From: Microbotryum violaceum
Taxonomy: Eukaryota
Length of the DNA stretch: 64,000 bases
Assembly: GCA_001244265.2 (NCBI GenBank)
Contig: CDLV01000009.1
Span: 124,001 to 188,000, forward strand
Reading direction: 5' to 3'
A program made the position numbers and the translations under genes. The notes under the pieces are model-generated. The model worked only from the letters and a program-made list of their open reading frames with translations, was not told where the DNA came from and made no database searches. Within the stretch, counting starts at the first letter, position 1; the number at the start of each line of letters is the position of its first letter. Shown here in pieces: positions 40,801-57,195 of this stretch.

Positions 40801-41991
40801 GTCGGCGCGCTCAAACAGGCCAACATCGGTGTCGCGTTGTTGAATGGGACCGAGGAGGACTTGCAAAAGATTCTCGAGCACCAAAAGAAGGAACGTGTTA
40901 AGAAGGTCTACGAGCAACAATTGCGCATCACGTCTCGGTTCAAGCAACCCCCGCCTCCCGTCCCTCCTTTGATCGCGGACCTCTTCCCCGACGCCGTCGC
41001 GGCTCAAAAAGCTGCCGCTCAGGCCGTCGGAGAGAACCGTCAAAAGGGTATTGGAACCAAGTTCGACGTTTCGGCTATCACCGATCAGCTGAGCAACATG
41101 GAAGACGAGACCGAGGTTCCCCAGATCAAGCTCGGTGACGCATCCGTCGCTGCTCCGTTCACGTCCAAGCTTGCCAACGTCGTCGCGATCGTCAACATCA
41201 TCCGACAAGGTCGTTGCACCCTCGTTGCGACGATTCAGATGTACAAGATCTTGGCGCTCAACTGTCTGATCTCGGCATGGGCCCTGTCCGTGCAGTATCT
41301 CCAGGGCATCAAGTTTGGCGACTACCAAGTCACGATCACGGGTATCCTCATCTCGGTCTGCTTCATGTGCATCTCGCGCGCCCGTCCCGTCGATAAGCTC
41401 TCGAGGGAACGTCCCCTTTCGTCAATCTTCAACGTCTACGTCGTCTTTTCGATCCTCGCCCAGTTCGCGATCCACGTCGTCGCCTTCCTGTACCTGACCC
41501 AATTGTGCGAGACGTACGAACCCCAAGCGGGGAACAAGATTGACCTAGAAGCCAAGTTCGCACCCAATCTACTCAACTCTTGCATCTACCTCATCTCGCT
41601 CTCCCAACAAGTCTCAACCTTTGCGATCAATTTTCAAGGTCGACCTTTCCGCGAAGGTATTACGGAAAATTCGGCGTTGTACTATGGTCTATTGGGAGTG
41701 GCCGGTGTGGCCTTTTCAGGAGCGACCGATTTCGTACCCGAATTTAATCGATGGTTACAACTCGTCGAAATGAAATCGTCGTTCAGGAAACAATTGTGTT
41801 TGGTCATGGTCCTCGATTATGGAGGGGCTTGGATCGCCGAAATTATCCTCAAGTATTTGTTCGCTGATAATCACCCCAAGGCGATCATTTTGAAAGGTTG
41901 GGAAAGGAGGTCCAAGAGGAGGGCGGAGCAAAAGAGGTTGTTGGAATTGGAGGAGAAGGCCGAACAGATCAAGGAGAAGAAGGAGTTGTAA
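37890..41991 (+). CDS. SPF1: P5A-type ATPase (ER transmembrane-helix dislocase, Spf1/ATP13A1)
   Basis: APFFVFQVFC; LSGESTP; PPELPMEL; phosphorylation motif CFDKTGT; MITGDNPLTA; MAGDGTNDVGALK; KLGDASVAAPFTSK. Short 5' exons start at ATG 37890. Confidence 0.96.
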
Positions 41992-42482
41992 ATGACGAAA
42001 GTTGTGTAGGCGCTTTTCTCTTTAACAAAGCATAGATATCGCACACGTGTGAAACAAACAAACAAAAAAAGAAGCTCTAGCATTCCATGTTTCACCTGTG
42101 CGCACATGCTTGAAGGTTCTGTTCGAGAGAAAAACCGGAAATGCGACGTGCCGGGGCCGGCTGGGACTACCTCCTAACCCGTAGCGGTGCTCGGCGCTTA
42201 ATGGGCCGAACCACCACCTGCGAAGGAGAGCGGCCTTAGCGCCGTGCCAAGTCAGCCGAACGCGTGTCAGCACACCGCCCATTGCCATTAAGAGAGCTTT
42301 TGCTGACTCTTTTGATTATTGTTCTTCGACCTCGCTCTGGTACATTCACCATTTCTACGGTTTCCCCCCCATGTACCCCTTCGATCAACAAAAGTATTGA
42401 ATCCGTAACTTTCCTTTCGTCTCACACCAGCTGAGCTTTTACGCCAACTCGAACCGGACCTAGTCGTCAACGGACCCCAACG

Positions 42483-43500
42483 ATGTATCCCCCCGTCATC
42501 CCGAGGATCACCACTTCTCCCGCGTCGAACAAAGACACGGATTCGACTTCGGGCTTGTCGGATGTTCAATTCGGGAGTGAGGATCCTGCGCCCAAGTTCA
42601 AGTTACTCGAAGGGAAGGAAGCTCAAGAGGGGAGTAGTATAACGGATACAGCTTCCTCGCATGAGGAGGATCGAACGCCAGGGGACACGTCAACTTCGAA
42701 TGGTGGTGATGTTCAAGAGACGCCGCGCATCACACCTAGGACGACCAAGAGTCCCGAAGATAGTCCGACCGATCGATTTACGCCAACGGTGAGAAGTGCA
42801 CGTCCGACTGCAGGCTCTACCACCACTCGAGTAACTACGACACGCACGCTGCATCATCGAGGTTACTCGTTGGACCTCCCGAATGTAAAAGACGCTCCGG
42901 GAGGTTCATCAGCCATTTCTGAAGGATTTGTCAGTCCTTCGGGCTCGATGAGGAGTCGTAGGACCTGGGCCGCGGGGGAGACGTACGAAGCGAGGATGTT
43001 GGAGAGGAATTTATCCGCGCTCAGTTTTCAGAGTGCTGCAACGTGAGTTTTGGCGTCGAAAAATACCGCTAATTTGGTTTCATGGGTTGCTGAAGACGCA
43101 CACGATTTCTTGTTTTGTGTTCCTTGCAGGGCTTCGTAAGTCAATCCGGCTAAACTCGCTTCGCTCGCGATCAAGGTGGACTCATGTGCTGCCAAAAATT
43201 TTGATGTGCAGACCCCTCGATTTCCACGACCTCGTCCAAAGTAAGCACCATCACGATGTCGAAGAATGAAGAGTTTCTTTCCAGAACTGATTTTTAGTCC
43301 ACTGCGATAGTCTACGAAATCGTCGCTTCCCGACGTGCCGCGTTCGACAATTTACTTTGGAGCGTGCCATCCACTTCGTTCGCAGGCAAGTTGATTGAGC
43401 AACAGGCTCTTGACCAGACAAAAGAAGTACCCGAAGCTGATTCATCATCCGGTTCACTTGTTCTCAACTCCAGCGCAAGCGTGAGTTCTCAATCCAATTC
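42483..43500 (+). CDS. Hypothetical Ser/Thr-rich protein; multi-exon, 3' end uncertain
   Basis: 187-codon ORF ending at a GTGAGT donor (~43043), an acceptor near 43129, and further short exon-like segments. No recognisable domain. Confidence 0.45.
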
Positions 43501-45204
43501 TTTCAAGCCCCTGTAACGAGCTCAACCTCTTCGGATATCTCGAGAGCAGTTTCTTGTTCCAGATCGCACTCGGAGGCGACTCTTCAAGATCGGCGCGCAT
43601 CATCTCGATGTGTCTCTCCATCCTCATTTCCTTTCTAACTTTGCAAGTGAGCAGAGCACATACACTCAGATATTGAGTGATATGATCCTCCTATTGATGT
43701 GGTCATTGGGACTTTAGCTCTTCACGAGACAATTACAGGCCGAGGTAAGGACAGCTTCAATTGCCGCGCACCACCGGATCTCTTTTGCTGATCTTCCTGT
43801 TGCCGAGTGTTTAGGCAGCCGATCATGCATGGCTCGAGGGTAAGAGAGGGCAAAAAAAAAAACCTTCTAGTGCGTTGAGCACACCGAATTAAACGGTTCG
43901 CCTCACCTCTTGCTCGTTTCCCTGTGCTTGTCCTCAGATTGGGAAATGGTGCGTTGCCGAGTGGTATCATTCAGCCGACTTTTTTCAGCCTACATTCATT
44001 CTAGGACATCCAACCATTCCCTCCACAGAGACACAACGTAACACCGAGCGATCGAGCACATGGAGAGACGTGGCGCGGATACCGAGAGATCCTCCCCGTT
44101 CGAGCCGGGATTTACGCTCCACTCGCCAAATTTCGAGGGTTCTCATTATGGAGTCATGGTATGGTCGTGATTGGAATGGTGGCCGTTGGTGGTAAGTTTA
44201 TAAAGGGTTTGAATTGGTTTCAGTTCGAGGGGAAGGAACACGTTTCTGACAAACGTTCAACGTGTTCGACGGGTTTGCTAAACATTGGCGACGCCATTTT
44301 TTTTCATTTTTTATTTTTTTTTCATTCGTTGTCGACAGTCTTGGTGACCAGTGCCATTAACGGAAAAGCGTGAGTTTCGCCAGGAGGGGGGGCTTTGGGA
44401 TGCACCTTCAATATCAGTGAAGATGATGAGTGAAGTTGACGACGCATGGGCTCGTCTTTCCTTCCCAGGTTCGAAAATTGCTCGGGTGGGGTTGGAAGCG
44501 GAAACCATTGACGCAATAAGGGGTCGTCTGTTATCTAATGCATACTTGTCAATTTTGGGGAATGGGGTTCAATACCTGCTTGTACACACAAAAGACATGA
44601 TCGTAGATTCTGACACCATGCGAATGAACAAAAATTCATAATGTCGTTCTGTCAAGCTTGCTCCGCCGCCGTATTGCCAGACCGTACCACGACTCGTCTG
44701 GAATCGTGCAAACTCGGCGGAGGCAACACATCTTACTGCTCAGAGATGACGAGACCGAAACTTGCCACCCTTTCGAGCTTCAATTTTTGCACCCTCTGGA
44801 CGGTCTCCCTGTTATATGCTCAGTGAGGCATTCCATCTGGAAGGGCTTGAACAAAAAAAAAGGCCTGACTGGGGGTAAGCAATATATACCGGCGGGCTAA
44901 CTCGAAGTAGTAAGCTGCGGTGATAGTCTCGTCTATACTACGCTCATGTGTTGCCTGAACCTCGATGGGAATGAAAATCGAGCTTTAGATATGACAGCTA
45001 CATCTAGTCGACCACCTTGTCATACGGTTCGAAGGCACGCATAGTTCGGGGCCAAGCCTCAGGATCATCTCAGGACTTCCTGCGCGAAGTTGCAGCTTGT
45101 CCCTCTTGCCTTTCCAGCCCCGAGTATACACGAAATCGAACTATGCTTGTTTGATGTCGAAAGTGCGATACTCGCTAAAACACAGGTCACGTGACTCGCG
45201 GGGG

Positions 45205-45767
45205 TTTTTTTTTTGTAGAAAACGTTCATCATATTGTCCCCAGTTCCTGTTCCCCCTGTTTTGGCCTACGGAAAAACTAGATGGAAGACTACGATGATAA
45301 CACAAACCGCCCGCAAAAGTGCGAGAAACGAGCCAAGTCCACCAATCCGAGATTCGGATTCAAATGCCCTAGCCAAGCGGTTGCTCCCCCCAGGAGACTA
45401 ATGAGAGAGAGAAAGAGAGATGAAGAGAGAAAAAGAAAGAAAAGAAATATACTAACGACAGAAGGCCCACCCCACAGCCACTTCCCACTCGGTCGAGACG
45501 AAGACAAGAGCACGACTGCGCAACCACCACGAGCCTCGACGCTCCAAGTCTCTGCTCAGTCACAACAAGACGCGGTGAAGGTCCCTCAAAACCTCCCCCA
45601 TCGGCAGTCCCTGGCCCCTCAAAGCCGACTTTCTGCCTGTGTCCGCTGATCCCTCCCTTGACTCAGAACCCCGAAGCCGAAGAGCGCGAGCCACACCGAG
45701 TCGACGCCAAATCGCGAGATGGTCCATGATCTGCAACGGTGAACCTGTAACAAATGAAAGATGAAAG
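45205..45767 (-). mobile_element. Short non-LTR retroelement-derived piece (element D): poly(A) tail, LINE-B-like 3' end and CTTTCAT x2 at its 5' end
   Basis: T10 at 45205-45214, followed by GTAGAAAACGTTCATC...CCTACGGAA...ACGATGATAACACAAACCGCC. This resembles LINE-B GTATGAAACTCATC...CCTACGGAA...ACGATGATGACCACAACCGCC. ATGAAAGATGAAAG at 45754-45767. Confidence 0.55.
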
Positions 45768-46837
45768 CGATCTATTTAGTGTACAGTAGGAGAAAATGAT
45801 GTCACGAGAATTTGGTGTGTGTGTGTGGTGGTGGTGGGGGAAAGTCGAACCCAGCCTCTACTGCTCTCTCCTCTTTTTTTTTTTTTGACTGGGGCTCATA
45901 AATTGCTATCCTTCGGGTTGGCTGGGACCGCTACAAAAAGAGCTAAAGGAGGTTATAAAGCAACGACGGCAAGCAGTTGGGTGAAAGTCAAACCCCTGCG
46001 CGCAAAGAGCGCTGCGCAGATCAAAACCCGCCGAGCACCTAACGCGGACTCCAACGGGCGGTGAGTACTGCTGCCGCTTCACGTCCCAAGAGCGGGAGCA
46101 AAGACACTCGAAAACCAGGCAAGAGCGCCTAGAGAAAGAAGGGGAGAGTATACAGAAAGTCACAACTGGGGATACGGAGAACCAGGAATACTAAGACAGA
46201 GAGGAGGGGAACACACCCGAGGGGCCAAGGTAGGGGGTCGAAGCCGGAGGTAGAGGTCCCCAGGGACTAACAGGCCGCAGCCAAGCCCCAGCTACTCGTC
46301 ACCCCGACAGCGCCTGATGTCCTCCCTTGGCTGAATCTCGAGTGCTGGCTGTTGAGCCGTCGGGGCCGAGAGAAAAGCGATCCAGTACAACGAAACGAGC
46401 CTCGCCTTGACGCGAGGATATTGACCAGAAACGAGCGACCTTCCTTCCCGAGCCATGCCGTAGATCTTGACCAACGCGAACGAACGAACCATTCAACGGA
46501 ATCCAACACACGGCTTAGGAGTAAAAGGAGAAGTGGCTGAAGCGTAGTCAACAACCGAGCAACAGGAACGAGAAGAGGAAGGGAAGGGAAAAAGGGGGAA
46601 AGGAGAGGGAAAAACTTCACAAAGCCTACAACGCAAAGACAATCGACCTGGCTTGCCGATCCATCCAAGAACAAAAAACCGCTACTGCGCAAAGTAGAGA
46701 GAGAGAGGGAGAGGTGCGCAGCCTTCCACTGCGCAACAAGTTCCAAGACAGTCAGCTTCTAAAAGAGGAGTCGACCTCCGAAAAAGAAGGGAGGAAAGGA
46801 GGGGAGGAAAATGGGAAGGAAGGACTTAACTCGGTCA

Positions 46838-49821
46838 TCACACCTCCCAATCTCGAGCCCCAGGCACAAAACCCGCTCGAGAGAGAAAATCTCGCTCGAA
46901 CGCTCTGAGTGCACTGGGGAGCGAGGGAGGGGCCACGACCTTGTCCAGCTCGAACCGCTGATGAACGCGCCAGCGGAGCAGGTGCAGCCGCTGGAAGCCG
47001 ATCGCGCAGGCCAGCCGAACCCACATCCATCTCGAGGTCGTTCTCCCACGACCCCGCAAAAGGGGGAGCCCCATAGTCAGCTGCTCCGGAGTGAACGTCG
47101 ACGGATCGACGTCGGTATCCTCGATGCCCAGCTTGTCGAACAGAATGCGAAGCACTCTACCCAGAAGCTGGTCGAGTACGCGCACTCGAAGAAGTAGTGC
47201 GACACCGTCTCGATGACCGCTGCATCGTTGCCGCAGAACAGACACGTCGGCGAAGAGGCATGACCCTGAGTATGCTGCCTCTTGCGCGTCGGCGTCACGT
47301 CGTACATGAGCCGCCAGTGGGTGTCCTGCTCCACAGCAGACGCAAACCGGTCATGAAGCCATCTCCAGAAGCGCTTCCTATCGCTCTGAGAAGTCCCATC
47401 ACGGAAACGCTTGACACGATCCTCCCTCCCTGGGAACCGAACCACGTTCACAAGCCGACGAAGCTTGCGAATAGTGAACGGTCGGGTGAGCCCAAAGAAG
47501 TTGAAGCACCGAGGACGGGGAGCCTCCTTGAGAGGTATCCGAGCAGGTCGCAACGCGGTCTTGGGCAGCAAGGCTTTCGCCTTGAGCAACTGACCCACGC
47601 GCGACCACACGTGCTCGTGCTGTAGGGCGGGTTCCTTAGAGTGCTGCCAGAACCCGCGTCGATGACCAACCAGAGCCCAGCCCTTCCCTTCGTCCCTCCA
47701 GTACAGGTCCGCGATCTGCGCAAACTTCGCCACTGCGTCCGCAACGTCATATGCGTGCTTGGCACCTTCAGCATAGAGTGAAGGGAGGCGAGGGGGAAGC
47801 GAGAGCAATTCGGGGAGCGTAAGGAGTTCGGACTTGATGGTTGGAACTGTGACCCTGGCAGCTGCAACGACTGCCCCCCAGCGCGTCGAGTCGCGATACA
47901 GCTTCTCGACCCGAGCCGTGCTGCTGAAGAACCCCCACGGACTGAAATCGCGGGTCGCAGCGACGAGGGACCTCCAGCTCTCGCGAGCTAGGGGCGCCCA
48001 GATCGCCTCGTTCGAGCCCGCCACAGCATCCCAAAATCGAAGCGCCACCGAATGAACGATGTCGCCGATTGAAATCAAGCCCAAGCCACCGTCCTCCGAG
48101 CCTGGAACACGAAATCGCGAGCGACGGTATTTCGCCCTGCTCCTCCCCAAACAAAATCCGTAAGTGCTGTCTCCGCCGCCTTAATGAACCATTGAGGCGG
48201 TATGTCGAAGGACAGCACGTGGAGGACCGTCGAGATGATGTGAGCGTTGGCATAGAAGACCTTCCCACTCGGCGAAAGTGTCCGGTCTCCAGCGGCGCGG
48301 GTCTTGGCCTTGATCCTGTCAAGAACATGGGTCCAAAACAGTTTCGAGTCACCGTGGCGAAAGAAGGCATAGCCGCACCACTTGAAGCTCTCCCCCTCCT
48401 GCACCGTTGGCAGCGCCTGCGCAGTCTCGTCCCGAAGCCAGTTCGGTCCGAGTGGTAGCACCAGCGTCTTGTCCGTGTTGGTCTTCCCGTTGGTTGCCTC
48501 GTACCACGTCTGCGACAGCGTTTCCAGCTTCGACAATGCCGCCGGTGACTCCACTACCACCACAGCATCGTCGGCAAACGCCAGATGCGTAAGCTGCGCA
48601 CGCGGCCCCCTGGCCACACCTTCTGCAGGTCGAGCGCGATCCCGCGCCGAACGAGGGCGTCGAGGAAGGGCTGGAACGTGATGTTCCAAACCGGGCACGA
48701 GAGGGGATCCCCCTGACCGAGACCACACAGCAACCGCACCAACTCCGTGGGGAACCCATTGATGAGGTAGCGCACCCCCAGAGTCTCGGGATCCTACAGA
48801 GCGCGCAGCAGGGAAATGAAACGCTCACCAAAGCCAAAGGCCTCGAAGACGTCGAAGATCCATGCGTGATCGACCCGATCGTACGCGCTCTGCTGATCCA
48901 AGGACAAGAGGGCGCCCTCGGGGAAAACTTCAGTGCCTAGCGACTTGAGTTTTTCGAGAAGGAGAGTGAGATGACTTCCCGCGTCTGCTGAACGTCTTGA
49001 TGGCATGAACCCGTGTTGCGCCGGCGGCAAAAGCTCGCCGAGCACCCCATTGAGTCGCGCCACCAAGACCTTGCTGAGGACCTTGTAGGTCGTCTCGCGC
49101 AGTGTGATCGGTCGATATGCCCCCAGTGATTTCAGATTGGCCCCCGGTTTGTTCTTGGGCAAAAGCCGCACCAGCCCCTCTGCCAAGGACGCCGTCATTT
49201 TGCCGCCCTCCCAAATCGAGTTGAACAAGTCCAACAGCTTGGGAGCGAAGTAGGTCGGCAGCGCCTTGAAAAGCTCATACGGAATGCCCGAAGGCCCCGG
49301 TGATCGCCCTGAATCCGTCTTCTTCAACGCCGCTTCGACCTCGGAAAGGTTGAAGGGCTCGTCAAGCGCCACTCTGGCTTGAAGGGGCAGCCGACGACCG
49401 AACGTAGGGTCCGAGCGGTCGTCATCGTAGCATTTCGCCGCGCGAATAGGGTCGAGCAGGGACCGACGTGGGTTCGTCGGGTCGCCACGAGCTGGGTCCG
49501 GCGTGAAGAGCGACTGTGCGTGCCGTGAAGCAATACCCAGCGCCTCCTGCATGTCAACGGTCTCGGTGCCATCCACATCCTCCAGCGAGACGATGCTCGT
49601 CTGGCGACTCCGGCGGTTGAGACGCGTGCGAATGCTTGCCGATTGACCTTCCCTCGAGTCGACTGACGGCACATGCGCACGAATGCGCAGCCACTGAGCC
49701 TCCTTTACCGCCAACTGATCCAACTGCGACTGGGCGAGAGCATACGCATCGCGCTCGGCCTCATTCATATGCTCACCGCGTGCCTCCAGCGCCTCCATGA
49801 CGGATTGGTTCTCGGCCCGCA
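46838..49821 (-). pseudogene. LINE-A ORF2 RT plus C-terminal zinc-finger portion (3 frameshifts and 1 in-frame TAG as assembled)
   Basis: [54 protein letters not shown]...ETVSHYFFEC. No RNase H seen. Stop at 48794-48796. Confidence 0.9.
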
Positions 49822-54494
<4,673 letters not shown>

Positions 54495-54566
54495 GATTTT
54501 GACTTGGTTGACTGCGTTCTTGATCGATCGGACGTTGAACGTCAACACGGTGAGGGACTCAATCAT
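54495..54566 (-). pseudogene. First 24 codons of LINE-A ORF2 (start of the APE endonuclease)
   Basis: Translates MIESLTVLTFNVRSIKNAVNQVKI. The T-x-N-V-R motif is typical of the APE N-terminus. ATG lies 12 nt after the ORF1 stop. Confidence 0.85.
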
Positions 54567-54578
54567 GAATAAATTGGA

Positions 54579-56254
54579 TCAGCGCCCCCCCTCGAATTCG
54601 GTCATCTCGGACCTGTGACCCCCTGAACTGTTGCCCCCTGAGTCGTCACCCCCTGATGCACCGTGGATCATGGCGGATCCCGCCCGGGTGACACGTCGGT
54701 TGCCGGGTGCCGAGCTCGAACGAAGGCGTCGAGGACTCGTCGAGGCTATCGAGGTCGTCGCGGTTGCCGATGATTCCGACGTGCCACCGGACAAAGGCGA
54801 TGCCGGAGCAGAAGTAGAAGGCGAAGGAGAGGTCGGGGTCGAAACGGGCGCCGCTGTCGTCGTCTGCGTCTCCTTTGTTGGGCCCGTGGTCGCACGGGTC
54901 AACATCTCTTTCCCAGTTTCGCCGCCCTCCGGTTCGGTCGAAGCGACCGATTCGCCGTCGTCGTCGTCGTCGTCACCGTCGCCGTCGTTCGCATCGTCCT
55001 TGTTGCCGGTCGCTGCACCTGCGGGGTTAGCACGAGGTCCCAGCTGGATCATGTTCGTGCCAGAGGCACGAGAGTTCAATGTGGCAGGCCCACCGTGCTT
55101 CCCATTCTTTCCGGCAACTCGGAAGCCGGTGGTCGAAGTCGAAGTCGAAGTCGAGGCCCCCGGAACAGGGGCGGCGGTGGCCGGAGTCGAAACCGGCTTC
55201 CTGCAAGCCCCCCACTGGTGTCCGGCGCGATCGCACACGGCGCAGTAGTGCGTCTCAAATTCGTGTCGCAAGCCGTACTTGGCGCCCAGTATCTCGATCT
55301 CTTGTGGCAAGGCGGCGTTGAGCGCAGCCTTCTGCGTCTCGGTGGAGCCTTGGAAAAGATCAGCATGTAAGCGAAGGTACGCGCAGTGGAACCCGTCTTC
55401 GGTCATGGCCATCGGGTCACCGTTCGGATCGACCGCGAGGCCCCGCTGTAATTGCATAAGGGTATACCCTTGCGTGCAACCAGCGTGGCCGAAGGAGGAA
55501 GTGAGAGCAGCGTCGAGAGATTTTCGGAGCACGGAAGCGGGAATCGCGCTGGAAGAGGAGGGTAAGGTGAATCGCACCTGGACGATGTGGTTTGGGGGGA
55601 AACACTCGGGAGCTCGGTGACCATCTCTTTTCCGTGATAGGGGAATGGACCCGCTGCAGCGGCTTCGAGACAGGCCTGGTCGGATTCGAACACGAGCTCG
55701 TACATATGACGAGCAATCGGGAACCTCTTCGTTGCCTTCGTCACGATCGGGTTCAGCTTCACACATTTCGAGAAGAGCTTCTCGACCTCGGGGTCAAGCT
55801 CGGCGCCCTCGGGCCGCGCGAACATGAATGGCGTCTCGGCCAGCCCAAAGTGCTTACGCAGCGCAATCTGTACAGGGCCTCTTGGGGACCCAGTACCATC
55901 CATGATGACTCGGATCACGTTGGAGGCCGGCATCGCGTCGTTTCGTACCGCCCTTTGAGCAGCTCGTGCGAGAGCCGGCGCCTGCGAAGGCGGGCTGGAA
56001 GGGTCATGCAACAGTACCATCAGCCGGCGGGTCGACTTGGAGGATGGTACGATGCCAAGGGCTTTGAAAGCCTTCTGCATTGACTTCTCATGGTCCAATC
56101 GAGCCTGAGAAGCCTGGGCAGACCAGGCTGGAGGATTAACGGTTCCTCCAGTGACCGTCTCACGGGTTTCCGTGTTGAGTAATTCATCTCTCAACACGTC
56201 ACCAGCCCACGGAGCGTTGGGCGGGTGCGGGGGTGGGCCGGGCGGATCCGGCAT
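54579..56254 (-). CDS. LINE-A ORF1 (nucleic-acid chaperone with CCHC knuckle); one frameshift at ~55595
   Basis: Starts MPDPPGPPP; knuckle CAVCDRAGHQWGAC (CX2CX4HX4C); low-complexity C-terminus; immediately upstream of ORF2. Confidence 0.85.
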
Positions 56255-56330
56255 CACTTCTTGTCGTCGTCCTGTAGCTCTTGAAGCGGTTGGTGGGCGA
56301 CTGTACACACTACACGACGGTACACACTTT

Positions 56331-56357
56331 GTGTGTGTGTGTGTGTGTGTGTGTGTG
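56331..56357. repeat. (GT)n microsatellite between LINE copies
   Basis: Direct reading. Other (GT)n tracts occur at ~23547, ~29965 and ~45815. Confidence 0.95.
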
Positions 56358-56361
56358 ATCT

Positions 56362-56365
56362 TCGA

Positions 56366-56402
<37 letters not shown>

Positions 56403-57194
56403 ACTGGGGCTCATAAATTGCAATCCTTCGGGTTGGCTGGGACCGCTACAAAAAGAGCTAAAGGAGGTTATAAAGCAACGACGGCAAGCAGTTGGGTGAA
56501 AGTCGAACCCCTGCGCGCAAAGAGCGCTGCGCAGATCAAAACCCGCCGAGCACCTAACGCGGACTCCAACGGGCGGTGAGTACTGCTGCCGCTTCACGTC
56601 CCAAGAGCGGGAGCAAAGACACTCGAAAACCAGGCAAGAGCGCCTAGAGAAAGAAGGGGGAGAGTATACAGAAAGTCACAACTGGGGATACGGAGAACCA
56701 GGAATACTAAGACAGAGAGGAGGGGAACACACCCGAGGGGCCAAAGGAGGGGGTCGAAGCCGGAGGTAGAGGTCCCCAGGGACTAACAGGCCGCAGCCAA
56801 GCCCCAGCTACTCGTCACCCCGACAGCGCCTGATGTCCTCCCTTGGCTGAATCTCGAGTGCTGGCTGTTGAGCCGTCGGGGCCGAGAGAAAAGCGATCCA
56901 GTACAACGAAACGAGCCTCGCCTTGACGCGAGGATATTGACCAGAAACGAGCGACCTTCCTTCCCGAGCCATGCCGTAGATCTTGACCAACGCGAACGAA
57001 CGAACCATTCAACGGAATCCAACACACGGCTTAGGAGTAAAGGAGAAGTGGCTGAAGCGTAGTCAACAACCGAGCAACAGGAACGAGAAGAGGAAGGGAA
57101 GGGAAAAAGAGGGGGAAAGGAGAGGGAAAAACTTCACAAAGCCTCCAACGCAAAGACAATCGACCTGGCTTGCCGATCCATCCAAGATCGATCT
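56362..57194 (-). mobile_element. LINE family A copy 2: 5'-truncated, 3'UTR only, with a 7-bp TSD
   Basis: 56402-57187 matches 45887-46670 with only a handful of differences. T34 tail 56368-56401. TCGATCT at 56362-56368 and 57188-57194. Confidence 0.93.
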
Positions 57195-57195
57195 G

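Noticed and set aside
38693-41497. Long overlapping ORFs on the opposite strand or in other frames of SPF1 (e.g. 39475-40491, 40540-41328)
   Set aside because: Shadow ORFs caused by GC3-biased codon usage of the real gene; no motifs.
43500-45200. Short ORFs between the last gene and the retroelement island
   Set aside because: No motifs or consistent exon chain; cannot be supported as coding.
45838-45852. 13-bp match GAAAGTCGAACCC to the LINE-A 3'UTR (~56498)
   Set aside because: Too short to interpret; it does not extend and is not a TSD.
46300-46380. CTGATG...GAAA as a hammerhead ribozyme core
   Set aside because: The core reads CUGAUGU rather than CUGANGA, and the three required stems cannot be built.
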